This document shows positions 27,554-42,096 of a DNA stretch of 64,000 bases, piece after piece (position 1 is the stretch's first letter; every line of letters starts with the position of its first letter). The notes beneath the pieces were generated by a model that ran no database searches, was not told the DNA's origin, and was given only the letters and a program-made list of their open reading frames with translations. Origin of the DNA: Octopus sinensis (lineage: Eukaryota); contig NC_043002.1 of the NCBI RefSeq assembly GCF_006345805.1, positions 16,492,001-16,556,000 of the forward strand, given 5' to 3'. Position numbers and translations under genes: made by a program.

Positions 27554-27892
27554 AAATAAAGGGGTAAAGACCCCCTTCGGTCATGAATGACCATGGGATT
27601 GCACCTAGAAAGTTACCCTCCTAGACACAAGTCCGGGCAAGGTTGTTTATGGAAGACCAGCAGTCGCCCATGCATACCAGCCTCCCCTCTCCACGCCACC
27701 GGTGTTATCCAAGGGAAAGACAAAGGTCGATACAGCTTGACACCAGTGACGTCGCAACTCATTTCTACAGCTGAGTGAACTGGAGCAACGTGAAATAAAG
27801 TGTTTTGCTCAAGAACACAACACGCAGCCCGGTCCGGGATTCGAGCTCACAACCTCACGATCGTAAGCTCGACGCTCTAACCACTGAGCCAT
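27554..27892 (-). mobile_element. tRNA-derived SINE family 2
   Basis: Minus strand begins tggctcagtggttagagcg (A box) ...gagctcgaatcccg (B box), followed by tgtgttcttgagcaaaacact...cactcagctgtagaaatgagt and a 3' body. Confidence 0.9.
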
Positions 27893-28231
27893 AGGTATAC
27901 TTAATACATGAGGTTGTAAAAGAGCACCTACAATTACTAGAAATCAGACCTAAATTTTAATTCAAACAGCCAGACAAAATCACAAACTACATGAAATTAT
28001 CGGGACTGCGAGCAGCTAGCCACAGAATCTTGTAGAGTGAAGTCGTTTGATTAAACGTAGTCTACTATCGTAATATATCTTAATATTTTAATATATTACT
28101 ATCCTAATATATCTTAATATATTAACATCTGAATACATCTTAACATATCTTAATATCTTAATATATTATCGTATATTATTACAAGTTATTACACAGGGGT
28201 TTTACTTGCAATTATTTTTAGTACTCTTTAC

Positions 28232-28292
28232 CAGCAGACTCCTCTTCATTTGTCCTCGGACGCTGTGCCGATTTTACTACGCCGACAGTATC
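28232..28292 (-). CDS. Candidate 61-nt coding exon (DTVGVVKSAQRPRTNEEESA), gene unknown
   Basis: Strong acceptor tttcttctttgttttacaag|GAT, donor G|gtaaag, and only one open frame (phase 0 to 1); phase-compatible with 31349-31428. Confidence 0.4.
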
Positions 28293-31200
28293 CTTGTAAA
28301 ACAAAGAAGAAATTTTAAGAAAGTAACTACGCCTTATATTAAAAACAAATGACAACATAAAATCAAACACGGTTAGCGTTCGGCATGAGAGTTTCTAAAT
28401 ATCTCAAGGGTTGAAAATCCATTTCTCCGCCAGAAATAAGTAATTAGTCGTCTTTAGAAACGGTAAAAAACGAGGTAAAATAATGACGAAATTAGTGCGT
28501 GTATTTTATAGTATATTTTGAAGGATAGCAAACGCGACTGGACTTCTCTGATGAAAGTAGTTTTACCAAGTTCATGAGTTAGATGAAAGTTCTTTTTGGC
28601 AAAAGACATTGGATTCCATAGCCCAGATTAGAATCTCAAACTTTGATATTGAAATTAATACAATCAAGCAAAGAACGAACCCCTTTTGTCCGAGTTGGCC
28701 TATTATGAAAACAATTACCTATCTATATTCCACCAAGATATTTGCGTCATATAATCATATACGCCTGTTTGATTTTATACGTTACCGTATGTACTGAGAG
28801 TAAGTTGGCTTGTTATTTCATATCTTTGCGAAGTATTTGATTTAGAATTAGTAAAGTGAATGTTATTCAATTATATAATTACACAACTGTTTTGTGCTTC
28901 TTATTTCCAAACCCATTGTACGAATTATTATAGTTATGTTTATATTTTATTCAGATTTTAGTTGCAACGAGAAACTTGCTAGTAATCAATACATGTCAGC
29001 TGTTTCACCAATGATAGGAATGAATGCATTTCTCTAAAGTAAATTAGCTTGTGGTAATCTGATTATAATTTGAGTGCTGTATTTGACGAAGAAATATTAC
29101 AATCAGGGTAATTGATAAAGAAAAGAAAACATCACTAATCAGGCTTAATTGTTTTTCCTCAAATATGAATCAAAGCTATTACTAAATGCTTAATTAATTC
29201 TGGAGGTTGCGGTTAATTATTAAGCGTAAATCAAACATTATATTAGGTATTCCTTCAAAAAGAAAAATATATATTTACAAACCCTTAAATACATGCTAAA
29301 TAAAATTGAAGGCTATAAAATAAATGGTATATATGTGTTTCTGTGTGTATATTTGCGAGAAGGGTGTCTGTGTGTAGGGGTGCGCGTAGGTATTGAAAGC
29401 AAATGGAATCTCATAATATCTTTCAGGAATCGATCGTTCGGTTGGATTGATCTGAATCTCAATTTTCAGTCGAGATTTATATTTTCTTAGTATTTGTTGC
29501 CATAGCAATTTTTGCTGAATTAAGAATCAATAATCTTAATAACTTGGACAGATTTCCTTAGGGAGTGAAGTATTCGAGTCACCGAAAGGTCTTCTCATCC
29601 TTGAAATAATTAGAAGATAATTGAAATCTGTGGATTATTTAAATATCATTAAATTTACATTAGAAATAATAAAAGGAAAACAGGAGAAAGGAAATAAAGT
29701 TTAAAATAATGTAAAAAATTCCATCTATAATAAAATTTGATATAATATCAAAATTATATTTCTTCTTTAATATGATAATGCTAAATGAAAAAAAAATCGA
29801 TACATGTAATATTATCTAAATTATATATAAATTTTGTAAAATGCATTTAGAGGAGAATGTCTAAGTCACTGAAAAAGATGGCCAATTTAAAAAGTCATTG
29901 AATTACTGCAGAAGCTAGCCATTTAGATATAGTGTATCGCAATGGGATTATTTTTAATACTGTAGTCGAAATGTGAGGCCCAATTACGGTGTATTATCAT
30001 ATATATTCCCCTTCCACCGCATAAAATATAACTAAGCCTATAATCATGTCAAAGGTATAATCATACCATTACAATAATAACTACAGTCATAACAATTCCT
30101 GGTAATGTTATAATGAAGCGAATGTCATTTATGAATTTGACAAGTGAAAACTACTGCCCAGTAAATTAGTGTATGTTGCTGAAAAAAATAAATAGTACAG
30201 GGATATGAACATGATTTACACGATCTACAAAAAAAAAAAATGCCCATCCATTCCTCTAAATTCGAAATATCCTATCAATAATATGATAGCTGCTAGTATC
30301 CTTCATGCTATCATTTTCTATCTATATCATTTAAAAACAAAGCAACAATGTAATTGACTTGACGTGAAGTATATATACGTGAAGACAGATGTTTAGCCGT
30401 TTCTAGCAATATTTAGTTAATTTCGTTAGCTTTGTCAGTAAAACATCTTAAGGGATACTCTGCTACTTTCAATGGAATATAATTTTTGCCACTCTAAATC
30501 TATTCTTAATGGTTGCTTTGTGTCTAAAGGTCGAAAGTACTTTTCTTCCAGTCATCAACTACATCACAGTAACATAAGCCGAACATATAAGAATAAAATA
30601 TCTATCAATTATTCTCTTTCAATTGTCATATTTTAGTAAATTTATTCACGATACAGTTAAAATGATAGAAACTTTTCCATGTAAACCGATGCCACACACA
30701 TTAAATTAGTACCAGCTCGGTTGAATAGTCGGTAGTATCTACATACAAATGATATTATTAGCACGGTAATACTTAATTTTAACTGATACAACGAGGGATT
30801 AAGACCCAGAGTAACTGAAATGTGTCCCTTAATAATTTCCAGTTAGTTATTTTTTTTAAATGACGATTGAGGAAGAACTTATTCCATTGTTCTGAACGCA
30901 AAGTAGAAGCACATGATAATGTGGATCTTCGTCTGTAAATTATAATATGGGTCCGTGAAGAATGTTATGTACCATAGGTTGATCAATAGTAGATTATATG
31001 ATTTAACTAGGGGATTCAGGAGTAATTTAAAAGCTGTTAATTCAGTATTCCATTTCTTACTTTAACCAAATGATGGGGAACGGTAGGAACTACCCACATT
31101 TTTATGGACCTAATTAACAAAAAAATGTTCACATTATTTGCTTGTTCATGTTTGTATTTATAAGCATGAAATAAAACCAGTGATTTGCTTCATCACATCT

Positions 31201-31348
31201 TACCGTATGCCTGTGTTTACAAAGTTGAATGGTCGGACAATATGTATGATAGGAAAATTCCAATGAAAATACACTGGTATATTTCAAAAAGGTGAGCTAT
31301 ATAAACGTAAACAGAAGTATATAACAGCCACTGTATATCGGAAAGTAC

Positions 31349-31428
31349 CTCAATTCCTCTGGATGACATATCATTTGTAATTGTTGATATTTCGCTGTTC
31401 TCCATAGCTGTACCACGGTTTTCGATTA
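31349..31428 (-). CDS. Candidate 80-nt coding exon ([27 protein letters not shown]), gene unknown
   Basis: Acceptor tttcatacgcacag|TA, donor GAG|gtactt, phase 1 to 0; joins in frame to 28232-28292. Confidence 0.33.
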
Positions 31429-31637
31429 CTGTGCGTATGAAATATGCACTATTCAGGTTTACGTTCGTACGTTACGTATCTGTGAGAGCAAGTGCGTGCA
31501 TATGTCTGTAACATTTTGTGTGTTTATAGGTTATTATCAATATATATACATGTGTGTGTATGTGTACACGGAAATTCATGTGTGTTTATATGTATATAAA
31601 TCTATACCTACATACACACGCACAATCCATATAGATG

Positions 31638-31712
<75 letters not shown>

Positions 31713-31715
<3 letters not shown>

Positions 31716-31887
31716 GCCTGGCTGCTGGGGGTGTTTGTCTCCCCTTCGTAAATGTATATAAGGACACAGGAAAAATGTGTCGAAGCAGCAGGAAGCGGAA
31801 GCGTCGATGCTACCTAGGGCTAAACAGCGGTGGTGTAACCCCCTACTGTCACGTTCACGTTAGATTGACAGTATACAACCATTCTAT
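31713..31887 (+). mobile_element. 5'-truncated copy of the 47736-48150 element arm, between (TA)n tracts
   Basis: gggggtgtttgtctccccttcgtaaatgtatataaggacacagg...gacagtatacaaccattctat matches 47993-48150; it lacks the hammerhead. Confidence 0.85.
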
Positions 31888-31893
31888 ATATAC

Positions 31894-31935
<42 letters not shown>

Positions 31936-31962
31936 ATATACACACATATGTATATATATATA

Positions 31963-32003
<41 letters not shown>

Positions 32004-32833
32004 TTATATATATATATATACATATGTATTTTTATATGTATGTATGTATAATCCATCCCATGTATTATGTGTAATGGTTTATGTATATTTCAGCATCTAA
32101 GCATTTATATATCGTGGAGGAATGCATTTTCCCTGTATCTTAAACAATATCTATGATTACGTTGCTAATGCCCAGCAGCGTATGAACCTGCTGCTGTATA
32201 TTTCCAATTTCTATTTCTCAGTTTCTGAAGGTAATATCATGTATTTTTTTTTATTTATATATCATACATTATTTATCAAAGAAATATCTTAGTAAGAGAC
32301 ACTGAAAAGAAAAAAACAAAACAAAAAAGAATTCAACAACATCTATACACGAAGACACAAACGTAATCACTAGCTTCATAGAACGAAAACAAAACCAAGC
32401 TATCTCATGTATTTATATGTTTTCGCCATACACGCTTTCATAAATACAGAATTAACAACAAAACAAAACAAAAACAAAAAGACAAAACAAAAACAAAAAA
32501 AGTGTACTTCTTTATTTTTTTAGCTTCAACAACTTTATAAATTCTGGGAAATTATTCTTCATGTTTATTATTTTTTTTTTTCAGTTTCACTATGGTTTAC
32601 TTTTCACAAAAAATAAAACATGCTTCTCTAAAAATATTGGGACATCATTCAGTGTTTCGTTATCACATGAATCTCCGCTCTCATTCCCTGACTCATTCAT
32701 CGATGTACTCATTCATTCAATCACTAATTCTGTCTTTCATTTCACTCAATCTCTGTCTCACTCTCGCTCAGTATGTCTCTTCTGTTACCTCAAACTCTAT
32801 GCCTGTCTGTCAGCCCCCACATCTCTCTCTTTC

Positions 32834-32920
<87 letters not shown>

Positions 32921-35220
32921 CGAAAATGCAGTTAGGTTAAGGAATATACTTTACAGATTTAAAGTAATATTTAATTTGAATATAGACATATACGATCGAT
33001 ATACTGTCAGTTATAGAGTTATCTTTAAAGCTGAATGTTTCGTATCTCAATAAACATAAGCATTTGCATGTTTATATCCACATTATGACAATTACAGAAA
33101 TTCTAACTGCAAGGGAGTAACCCTATATTATCCGTAGCCGACAATTCTTTATATATGTTACTCTGTTTAATACTTCGATTTAAAAGATATTACTTCAGAT
33201 TCCTTCTGTAAAGGCATCTGCAAAATCGGCAATGCTGGATATACAATATTCATATCATTTCAGTAAAATAATCTGAAATAAAATGATGGAAGATTTAAAG
33301 AAAGAATATCTTTTACTTGGAGGTGTAGGAATTTTCGTTTCAAAGATAAATTCACAAATATATATATATATATATATATAAAGGAAATAGCACAATCACT
33401 AAATGAATCTGACGATGCAATTGCTTGCGGATTTAACAGTAAATTTCTGCCATAAAACACATAAAACAACATATATGGGATTATTAGCTCAGAAATAAAT
33501 ATTACATGTGATTAACTGAGAATTAATTAAAATCCAGATGAATATAAGCATGCTGGAGTAATTAAAGCACAGCGTCCACTTATAATCTTTCAGATAATTT
33601 TGAGAGGAGACGAATTGTTATCACTAAATCCAAAAGATGACACACAATATGGTTGTCAAACATCAGATGCAAAATCTTGAACGTAAAACTACTGATATAC
33701 TTTTATGATCATCAATAACCAAAGCCAATATATTATTCTTAATCTACATATCAACGAACAATAAAGCGTATCCTAATTAATTATCCATGTTTTATGTCTA
33801 AAAGAAATAACGACTTGGTGACAATATACAGCATAGTGAAAAATAGAAGGAATATTAGTAAATATATATTAGATATGCTTAAAACAAGTCTCGACATTTT
33901 ATCTTTCGTATTATTACGAAATATAATAGTTGATGTTACTGAAAGTTTTATCTTCCGTTATAAGTAAATTATGAGCGACTAAGGACTGTTACGCGTCTAA
34001 AATTTGGCTTCACAAGTCCATGCTTTCAACGGTGAATTATAAGGCATGGATCTTTATAAAACCATATTCCCTACGTCTATTCTTTTCTATTCTATAATTA
34101 TTGTTTGAAGTTTGGCAGTAATTATAATTTCTTTATAGCTTTGAGCATCCTTTTACATAATTGTAAAATTAAAGTAGATTATGACAACACACTTTCATAA
34201 ACACAGTAATACATATAAAAAATTGAACATGCATAAGGTACAGCATTAATATTCAATTCCAGGAACATTTTGCTATTTAGCTTAAAATATACGCTAACCC
34301 TTATCGCACAAAGAGCGTTCATAGCGAAAATTGAGTTTTCATCACTTGTAATTTGTAATGCTTACCAAATTCATGAGCTGAAAAAATGTATAACGCTTCT
34401 TTAAAAATGGTGTATTTTCAATTATCTTACAAACTGCACTTATACATTCAATGTTATTGATGCCACATTTATTTTAACGACTGCGTTGTAATTCACACAA
34501 TGTAATCACAATGGAACTTTAAATCATATCAATAAAAGTATAACCATTAGAGTATTAATATCAGCTGCTTAGACAACATTACTTTCTGTCAGATTTTACA
34601 ACGTTTTATTTAGTATGTAATATCCTTACGACTCATACATGCCTGGCAATGCTACCCTTACATTAAGTGGATTCAACGAGAAAATTTGATGCATCGAAAA
34701 CAGAACGTGATCGGATAATCTTAGAATAATCTTAGACTTGGTTTCTTGTTCTATTTCATTTAGTAATTGTAGTAAGCAACCTCACTAGAATAATTTTTTC
34801 AATGTTCATAAATTATTTCTGAAATGTTCTTACTTAAAGATTTATGATACGAATATTTTTCTCAGAAATATTATTTGCACCTCACAATTTTTCCATTTCA
34901 GCAACGCATCAAAATTTCAAAGCTGAACCCACTAAATACCAGCATTAATAAATGTAAACACGACAGTAATCTCTGTTGCTTTTATCACTAAATTCAAATG
35001 TTCTAGAATTCAAATGTTCTAACGAATGTTCACTATCATACAAATAACTGTATTAACATCATTATAACATTCTGAAATTCCGGAACAAGTGTCACTCTAA
35101 TGTATTTCATTCCCCTGTGCTAAGAGACAATTTCCAATTTAGTGGCAACAAGTATATTAATACACCGAATAAACAATGCACCTCAATGTAGAGGACTTTG
35201 TCTTAAATAAAATCATTAGT

Positions 35221-35420
35221 CCTTTCTACTGTAGGCACAAGTTCGTAAATATGTGGGAGAGGTCTAATTGTTTGCATTAATGCCTGGGTTCAACTGGCAC
35301 TTATTTTATGGACTCCAGAATGAAAGGCGAGTCGGCCTCAACAGAATTTAGCCCCAGAATGTAAAGGTGGAAGAAATCCAGCTAAGTATTTCGTTCGGTG
35401 TATTCATGATTCTTCTAGTG
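35221..35420 (-). mobile_element. tRNA-derived SINE family 3, degenerate
   Basis: Reverse-complement similarity to 36361-36557 (ctttctact.taggcacaag...gaaaggcgagtcggcctc). Confidence 0.65.
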
Positions 35421-35439
35421 GGAGGACAAAAAGTGAGTG

Positions 35440-35479
<40 letters not shown>

Positions 35480-36177
35480 CCAAGAGAGAGAGAGAGAGAG
35501 AGAATATAACTCCACATGGACAATAACCTGAATGCAAGAGGTCTCTGATAAAGTAACTCGAGCCGTAAGATTGCTCTCATAAATAACGAACGAGATAGGA
35601 CATGTCGTAGTTTTTACACTGAAAGGAAAGTCTATGAATACAAAATAACAGGTTCAGTTTCCTGAATTTTACACTAAACCATTGCCTTTGGATGGAACAA
35701 TGGGATTAAATGCATTTGAATTAATGTATTTGATACGCGCCTTAACTGACAAATCAACGTGCTTTTTATTTCTTAATCTCAAAATGTGATATTTATCAAT
35801 AAATTGATTACACTAATGCATCCATTTTCAAGTAGATCATGTAGCATCACACATGATGTGTTGCGTTTTGAATATTAAGGTCACATTGCGTCTCGTTTCG
35901 ATAACGAGTTGACGAATATTATTCGAACATACTGTATTTGATGGCATATCATTTGCCCCTTTTCTTCCTCAAAATGTTACTCCGGGTCTTATATTTGAGG
36001 TTGCTCTTGTATAACAGGCTTTAATGTACTAAAACCCTTTCCCTGAATGTGCGGTATTGAAAATGGTGTACCTTTAATATGCTCGCGCATATTTTCGCCA
36101 AGCAATAATATATTTAGAAAATTTATGTCACCCACCTAATTCTCTTTACTATAATCTTTCGTATTTCGTATTTGCTC

Positions 36178-36294
36178 GGCGTTAGCACGCCGGGCAATAT
36201 GCTTAGCAGTATTTCGATGCCGATACGTTCAAATTCCGCCGAGGTCGACTTTGCCTTTCATCTTTTCATATTAATTGGGGGCAACATAATCGAC
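36178..36294 (+). mobile_element. SINE family 3 partial copy
   Basis: gttagcacgccgggc..atgcttagc...ttcaaattccgccgaggtcgactttgcctttcatc; the central domain resembles the MetaSINE-type domain. Confidence 0.75.
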
Positions 36295-36360
36295 TTAATC
36301 AGTTTGCCTGTTCTTGTTTGTCCCCTCTGTGTGTAGCCCCTTGAGGGCAGTAAATAAATA

Positions 36361-36557
36361 AGAAACGTTAGTTCGCCGAGCGAAATGCTTAGCAGTATTT
36401 AATATGTTTTCGCGGTCTGAGTTAAAATTCTGCCGAAGTTGACTTTGACCTTCATCCTTTCGGTGTCGATAAATTAAGTAATACTTGCATACTGGGGTTG
36501 AACTAACTGACTGCCCCACTCCTCCAAAATTTCGGACCCTGTACCTGCAGGAGAAAA
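36361..36557 (+). mobile_element. SINE family 3 copy
   Basis: gaaacgttag..cgccgagcgaaatgcttagc...ccttcatcctttcggtgtcgataaattaagta...ggggttgaactaactgact. Confidence 0.8.
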
Positions 36558-36771
36558 TAATATTTCACATCTATTTAATATTCAGGGTATACGATTAGAT
36601 GTAAATGACTTGGAAATGACTTTTGTTCGTCATAAATTATTTACTTCGCGTTTCGATTGGTTTCTTATATGTTCATGTCAATATGTTCAATATTACTGAA
36701 TCACATGTCTTTTTGCTTATATCACATCTGTATATACACATACGCACACACACACACGCACGCACACATAC

Positions 36772-36829
<58 letters not shown>

Positions 36830-36987
36830 CGATATCCTCGAAAAAACTTTGATAAGCATAACAAATGCGCAACCGGTAAAAAGAACCTTCGCCTAATTAA
36901 ATTACTTAAATTACTTAAATTATTTTCTCAGCATTTTCTTCATTTCCTTTTTTATATATCACAACTCGTGTTCCACATCTCCTTTTT

Positions 36988-37036
<49 letters not shown>

Positions 37037-37064
37037 TATATATATACATATATATGCATATATA

Positions 37065-37217
37065 CGACGGGCTTCTTTCAGTTTTCGTCTACCAAATCCA
37101 CTGACAATGCTCTGGTCGGCCCGAGGCTATAGTAGAAGACACTTGCCCAAGGTGCCACGCAGTCGGAGTGAACCCAGAACCATGTGGTTGGTAAGCAAGA
37201 TACCACATAGCCACTCC
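37065..37217 (-). mobile_element. SINE family 1 head only
   Basis: Reverse complement of ggagtggctatgtggt...gaaagaagcccgtcg; ends in (TA)n with no tail half. Confidence 0.88.
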
Positions 37218-38052
37218 TACCTCTATGTATATTTATATAATGTATGTATGTATGCATGTATGTATGTATGTATGCATCTATGTATGTATGAATGCATGTA
37301 TGTATGTATGTATGCATGCATGCATGTATGTATGTATGTATGTATGTATGTATGTATGTATGTATGTATGTATGCATGCATGTGTATATGTATGTACTAA
37401 CCACTGAAGTCTATTAAGTGTTCGATAAAATTGTTAGTGTGATAATCAAATTTTAGTCATTATGAATCCAATTTGAATGCTTACATTTGTGGGGGTATTT
37501 TCGCGGTTTCAAATACAAAAATCTTGTCAGTTGTTTCATTGTTATTAATTCTATCAAAGGATTATGCTTTAGATTACATTTCTATTAAATTTTGGTTTTT
37601 CCCCTGTTACTCGCTTACCTTATATATTTTGCTGGAAATACGATATTTTCATTCGATAACTTATATTATGTTTCTCTTATTTAATAATGTTAGCTATATT
37701 TTTTTAAAACAGAAATTTAGTAGAAAACTAGGTTATCAGACACATACAGTAGAGCATGATTATAGATAATATGTTGACAACTATAAACCTGCCTGGAACT
37801 GCAAGTCTGTTGAATTTGATGGCAAACATTATTTACGCGAAAATATATAATTGAACTAAAGAAACATTGCACCGTTGTATCACTCTCTCACTCGCTATCT
37901 TTTGAAAGCGAGCCTTGCATTAAAACACTGTAATGTACAACAAAAATTTATGTTAGAAAACCGTGGTTGTGCCTTAATAATAGGAACTAAATATCCACCT
38001 TGAATCTATTTGTAACAGTGGTGTAACAAAACTCCACGATTGCATGTGTAAG

Positions 38053-38714
38053 TATTGGTTTGGCGACTAAGTTCCATCCGTTTCTTTTTTAATTTTAGAA
38101 GTTATTGCGTTTTCAAATTGTGGAATATATTGTTTCGAGAATTCTATTTTTTAATCATTTTGGAATCTATTTTGTTGTTTTCTAGTTAATTTTAGTTAAT
38201 TTCTGTTTATTTTCAGATCATTAAAATGGAATGTCAAGTTAACAAAAACGAGTATTTTTGACACCTCCTTCTTTTTGATTTTAATCAAGGTTATAAGGCC
38301 GCAAAAGCTGCTCGCGGCATTTGTGCTGTGTATGGAGAGCGTGTCATAGCTGAAAGGATCGTTCGTGAATGATATGCCAAGTTAAAAAATAAATATTTTG
38401 ATCTCATAGACGCACCTCATTCTGGCCATCCAGTTGAGTTCGATGAAGAGTCATTCATCCAAATTCTGCACCTCTTTCGATCTCTTTCAAATGCTATGCG
38501 AGAAGTTTCGTTCAATACTGATGCAGAATTGAGAACTTGGTTGGTTCTCAACGATATATACCAACGATATATTGAAAATATTGTTGAACGTTTGGAAGAA
38601 GTTGTAGATAACAAGGGTGAATACATTATTGATTAATTAGTTGTTACTTTATATATTAAACATTTTGAAATTTAAATTTAAAAAAACGGCGGAAACTTAG
38701 GCGCCAAACTAATA
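38053..38714 (+). mobile_element. Internally deleted mariner with both TIRs and TA ends
   Basis: TIRs tattggtttggcgactaagttcc / ggaaacttaggcgccaaactaata. N-terminus MECQVNKNEYF*HLLLFDFNQG.KAAKAARGICAVYGE...DAPHSGHP is fused to the C-terminus HLFRSLSN...IVERLEEVVDNKGEYIID*. Confidence 0.9.
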
Positions 38715-39579
38715 ATTGCTAATTCAGACTCCACAGGCACAAATATATGTCCGACCGAAACATTGATAAGACCATACGATCTTTAATGAATGATAGCGCA
38801 ATGAAGTGTTCCATCCTAGATTAAGTTCTAATGTACAAGAGCAAATATTCACTTGTACGTAGGAGCATGATAATACTGATAATTTATAGCAGTTAATTTT
38901 AAAGCAGGATTGATTAAGAGTGAGTACTTACTAAGTTTGAAGCGACAGCACTTTATTTCAGTGCTAGACAAATGACGGTAATGTATGTGGGTGTAGCGCC
39001 TGCGCGTGCGTGATATGGTATGATAGTGCGTGTGATACCAGGTCCTTAAGTATTTTGGATGAATTCATTTTACAGATGTCCAGCAACATGTATTGATACG
39101 ACGTCAAGCCGGCCTACAAATCTTTGTAATTAAGTTACTGATCAAATGAGAGGAGGTTTCCCACTCTATAAATATCTATACGGCTACGTACAAATTATAA
39201 TGCAACATATCTGTCACTAAACTATTCTTATTTTGTGAGTAGATAATCGTTTATATTTTACTTTAGTTTATACAGTGAAAAAGTATAAAGAATGATGAAA
39301 AGTGAGTTGATTGAACCTGTAACTCACGCGGAATAAGGTCAATCCATTTTATGATCTTACAATGGTAATAATGAATGAAAATTATTTAGACCCATTTCGG
39401 CACAGGGATTTTATTGTAGGATTTATATACATATCTACTTATTAATATGTATGCATACGTAGTGATAAGATAGAGAGATAAATAAATAAATAGATGTATA
39501 TATATATATAACGAGACATACATCATAAAGAATATTCCCTTCTTCATTTGTACCTGCCTCAATTAATCCACATTCCGAA

Positions 39580-39616
<37 letters not shown>

Positions 39617-39739
39617 TTATGATGTATGTCTCGTTTCTATGTTTATGCCTTTATGTTTTCGTTTCCCATTGTGTTCATCGTTCTTTTTTTATATCCTGTA
39701 CCCATATATGCATGCATATATACATATATATATATGTAA

Positions 39740-39816
<77 letters not shown>

Positions 39817-40658
39817 GTAAGTATATATGCATATATTTATATACTATTTATATTATATACACATATACTTACATACATAGCTAGACAGTTCCGTGAGATT
39901 TCAGTATATTATCAATCGTTGGATTCATCGTGACAAAACACCAATTAAAAGGTAGATGGAATTTTCTACTCAGATAAATCGATAGCTTATTTTAATATAT
40001 ATAAAAAATATTAATGCGCGCGCGCGTGCGTGCGTTGTGTGTGTGTGGTATGATTGTGCGTGTGCGTATGTTCATGGAATTATTCTCAGCAATATTTTTC
40101 ATTATTCTTACAATTTTAACCCTGTGTCATGTTTGATTCTAGCTAGTAATGTCTTAACCATATACAGGATGATTATTCATGTGTTAAAGTAATATGGTGA
40201 ACATGTCCCAATATTTATATTGAGGCATAAAAGTTTAAAAGTAGAACTCTGATTTAATAAAAAAAAATAATTGGGTAGAATTTTATTGATTTGTTTTTGT
40301 ATTGAAATAAAATTGAAAATAAGCACGTGAAATATTTCTTTATTCCTGTTGATTCTGTGATGAAATCATATAAATACTGGAGATAACAAGCTTTGTATCT
40401 TCTTTTATGAAACTACAGCTAGCGTCTTTGTATTCATGTAAAATTGTCAATTTTGTTTTTCCGATTTTGAAGCATAATTTTACATGCTTTTTATAATGTT
40501 TTTGTGCTGTTTAAACTAAATAACAATCAAACACAAAAGTAAATAGATAAATAAGATATTTAGCTACATGTGTGTATGTCTCTGTGTGAATGTAATCTTA
40601 AGTATAGTATACATATGTGTATATTATGATATATATATATATATATATATATATTTAC

Positions 40659-40723
<65 letters not shown>

Positions 40724-40913
40724 GGTATGTATATATGTATATTTGTATGTATGGACGTTCATATATGGCTTCCTGAAGAAGCAATTTCGATAAAATGTCG
40801 TGAGTCAGAGTTTGCATTCTGAATTCTTATGTTAAGTGACATGATCTCCTCTTCCACAAGTCTAGATATATATTGCGTATATCTGCGTATATTTGGGTTT
40901 TGCGTGTATTATA

Positions 40914-40955
<42 letters not shown>

Positions 40956-41109
40956 AGGTAAATATATATTGTGTGTTTGTGTATGTATAGAGAAAGTGAG
41001 AGAGAAAGAGTTAACGGGGAGAGAGCGAGACAGAGAAAGTGAAAGTGAGAACGATAACGACGTGTATATCATCTCCATTGCTAGTATTTAGATATGTTAT
41101 ATATATAAT

Positions 41110-41143
<34 letters not shown>

Positions 41144-41189
41144 ACATATTATATATTATATATATATTATACTATACATACATATACAT

Positions 41190-41224
<35 letters not shown>

Positions 41225-41241
41225 GTATGTATATGTATGTA

Positions 41242-41314
<73 letters not shown>

Positions 41315-41315
41315 C

Positions 41316-41417
<102 letters not shown>

Positions 41418-41528
41418 CAGTCGTCGATAATGTGCAAAAAGAAAAGACAAATACCGCATAGTGGATATTTAACCGGTTTAAAATGGACTGATAAAGATAT
41501 ATTTTATATATTATCAACGTCAACGTGA

Positions 41529-41888
41529 CATTCCTTCAGTAACGACGATGTAGGTTCCAATAGCCTGCTCGGGAAAATAACGTGCAAGTGGCTGAGCACT
41601 CCACTGATACGTGTACTTTTAAACGTAGCTCTCAGGGAGATTCAGCTTGACAGAGAGTATCTCAGGGCTGGGCCTTTGAAATACAGGTACAACAGAAACG
41701 AGAAAAAAGAGTGAGGGAAAGTTGTGGTGAAAGAATACTGCAGGCATCGCCACCACCTCCTGCTGAAGACTTGTGGAGTTTTAGGTCTTTTCGCCCAATA
41801 AACACTCACAACTCCCGGTCTGGGAACTGAAACCAGGATCCTGAAACCGCGTGTCTTCTGCCCTAACCATTGTGCGATTGCGCATCCA
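41529..41888 (-). mobile_element. tRNA-derived SINE (additional family)
   Basis: Minus strand gcgcaatcgcacaatggttagggc...ggtttcagttccc is a tRNA-like head, followed by a body ending tcgtcgttactgaagg. Confidence 0.7.
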
Positions 41889-41900
41889 CTTGTATATCTA

Positions 41901-41989
<89 letters not shown>

Positions 41990-42061
41990 GATCTCTTGAG
42001 CACCACCAGCAAAAAATGTTTTTACTCTGTCTTCCCTTCTCGGGATCTTTCCTTCTCCTTT

Positions 42062-42096
42062 GTTTCCGACGAAGAGCTCCGCTCGAAACGTTAAAC
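42062..42096 (+). ncRNA. Minimal (35-nt) hammerhead motif, core variant CCGACGA, GUU site
   Basis: guuu CCGACGA a gagc ucc gcuc GAAAC GUU aaac: stem I guuu/aaac, stem II gagc/gcuc, palindromic AACGUU stem III. Confidence 0.65.

Noticed and set aside
27820-27892. tRNA-like sequence with A and B boxes (also at other SINE heads)
   Set aside because: It continues into a SINE body and lacks a complete cloverleaf and acceptor stem; it is a SINE head, not a tRNA gene.
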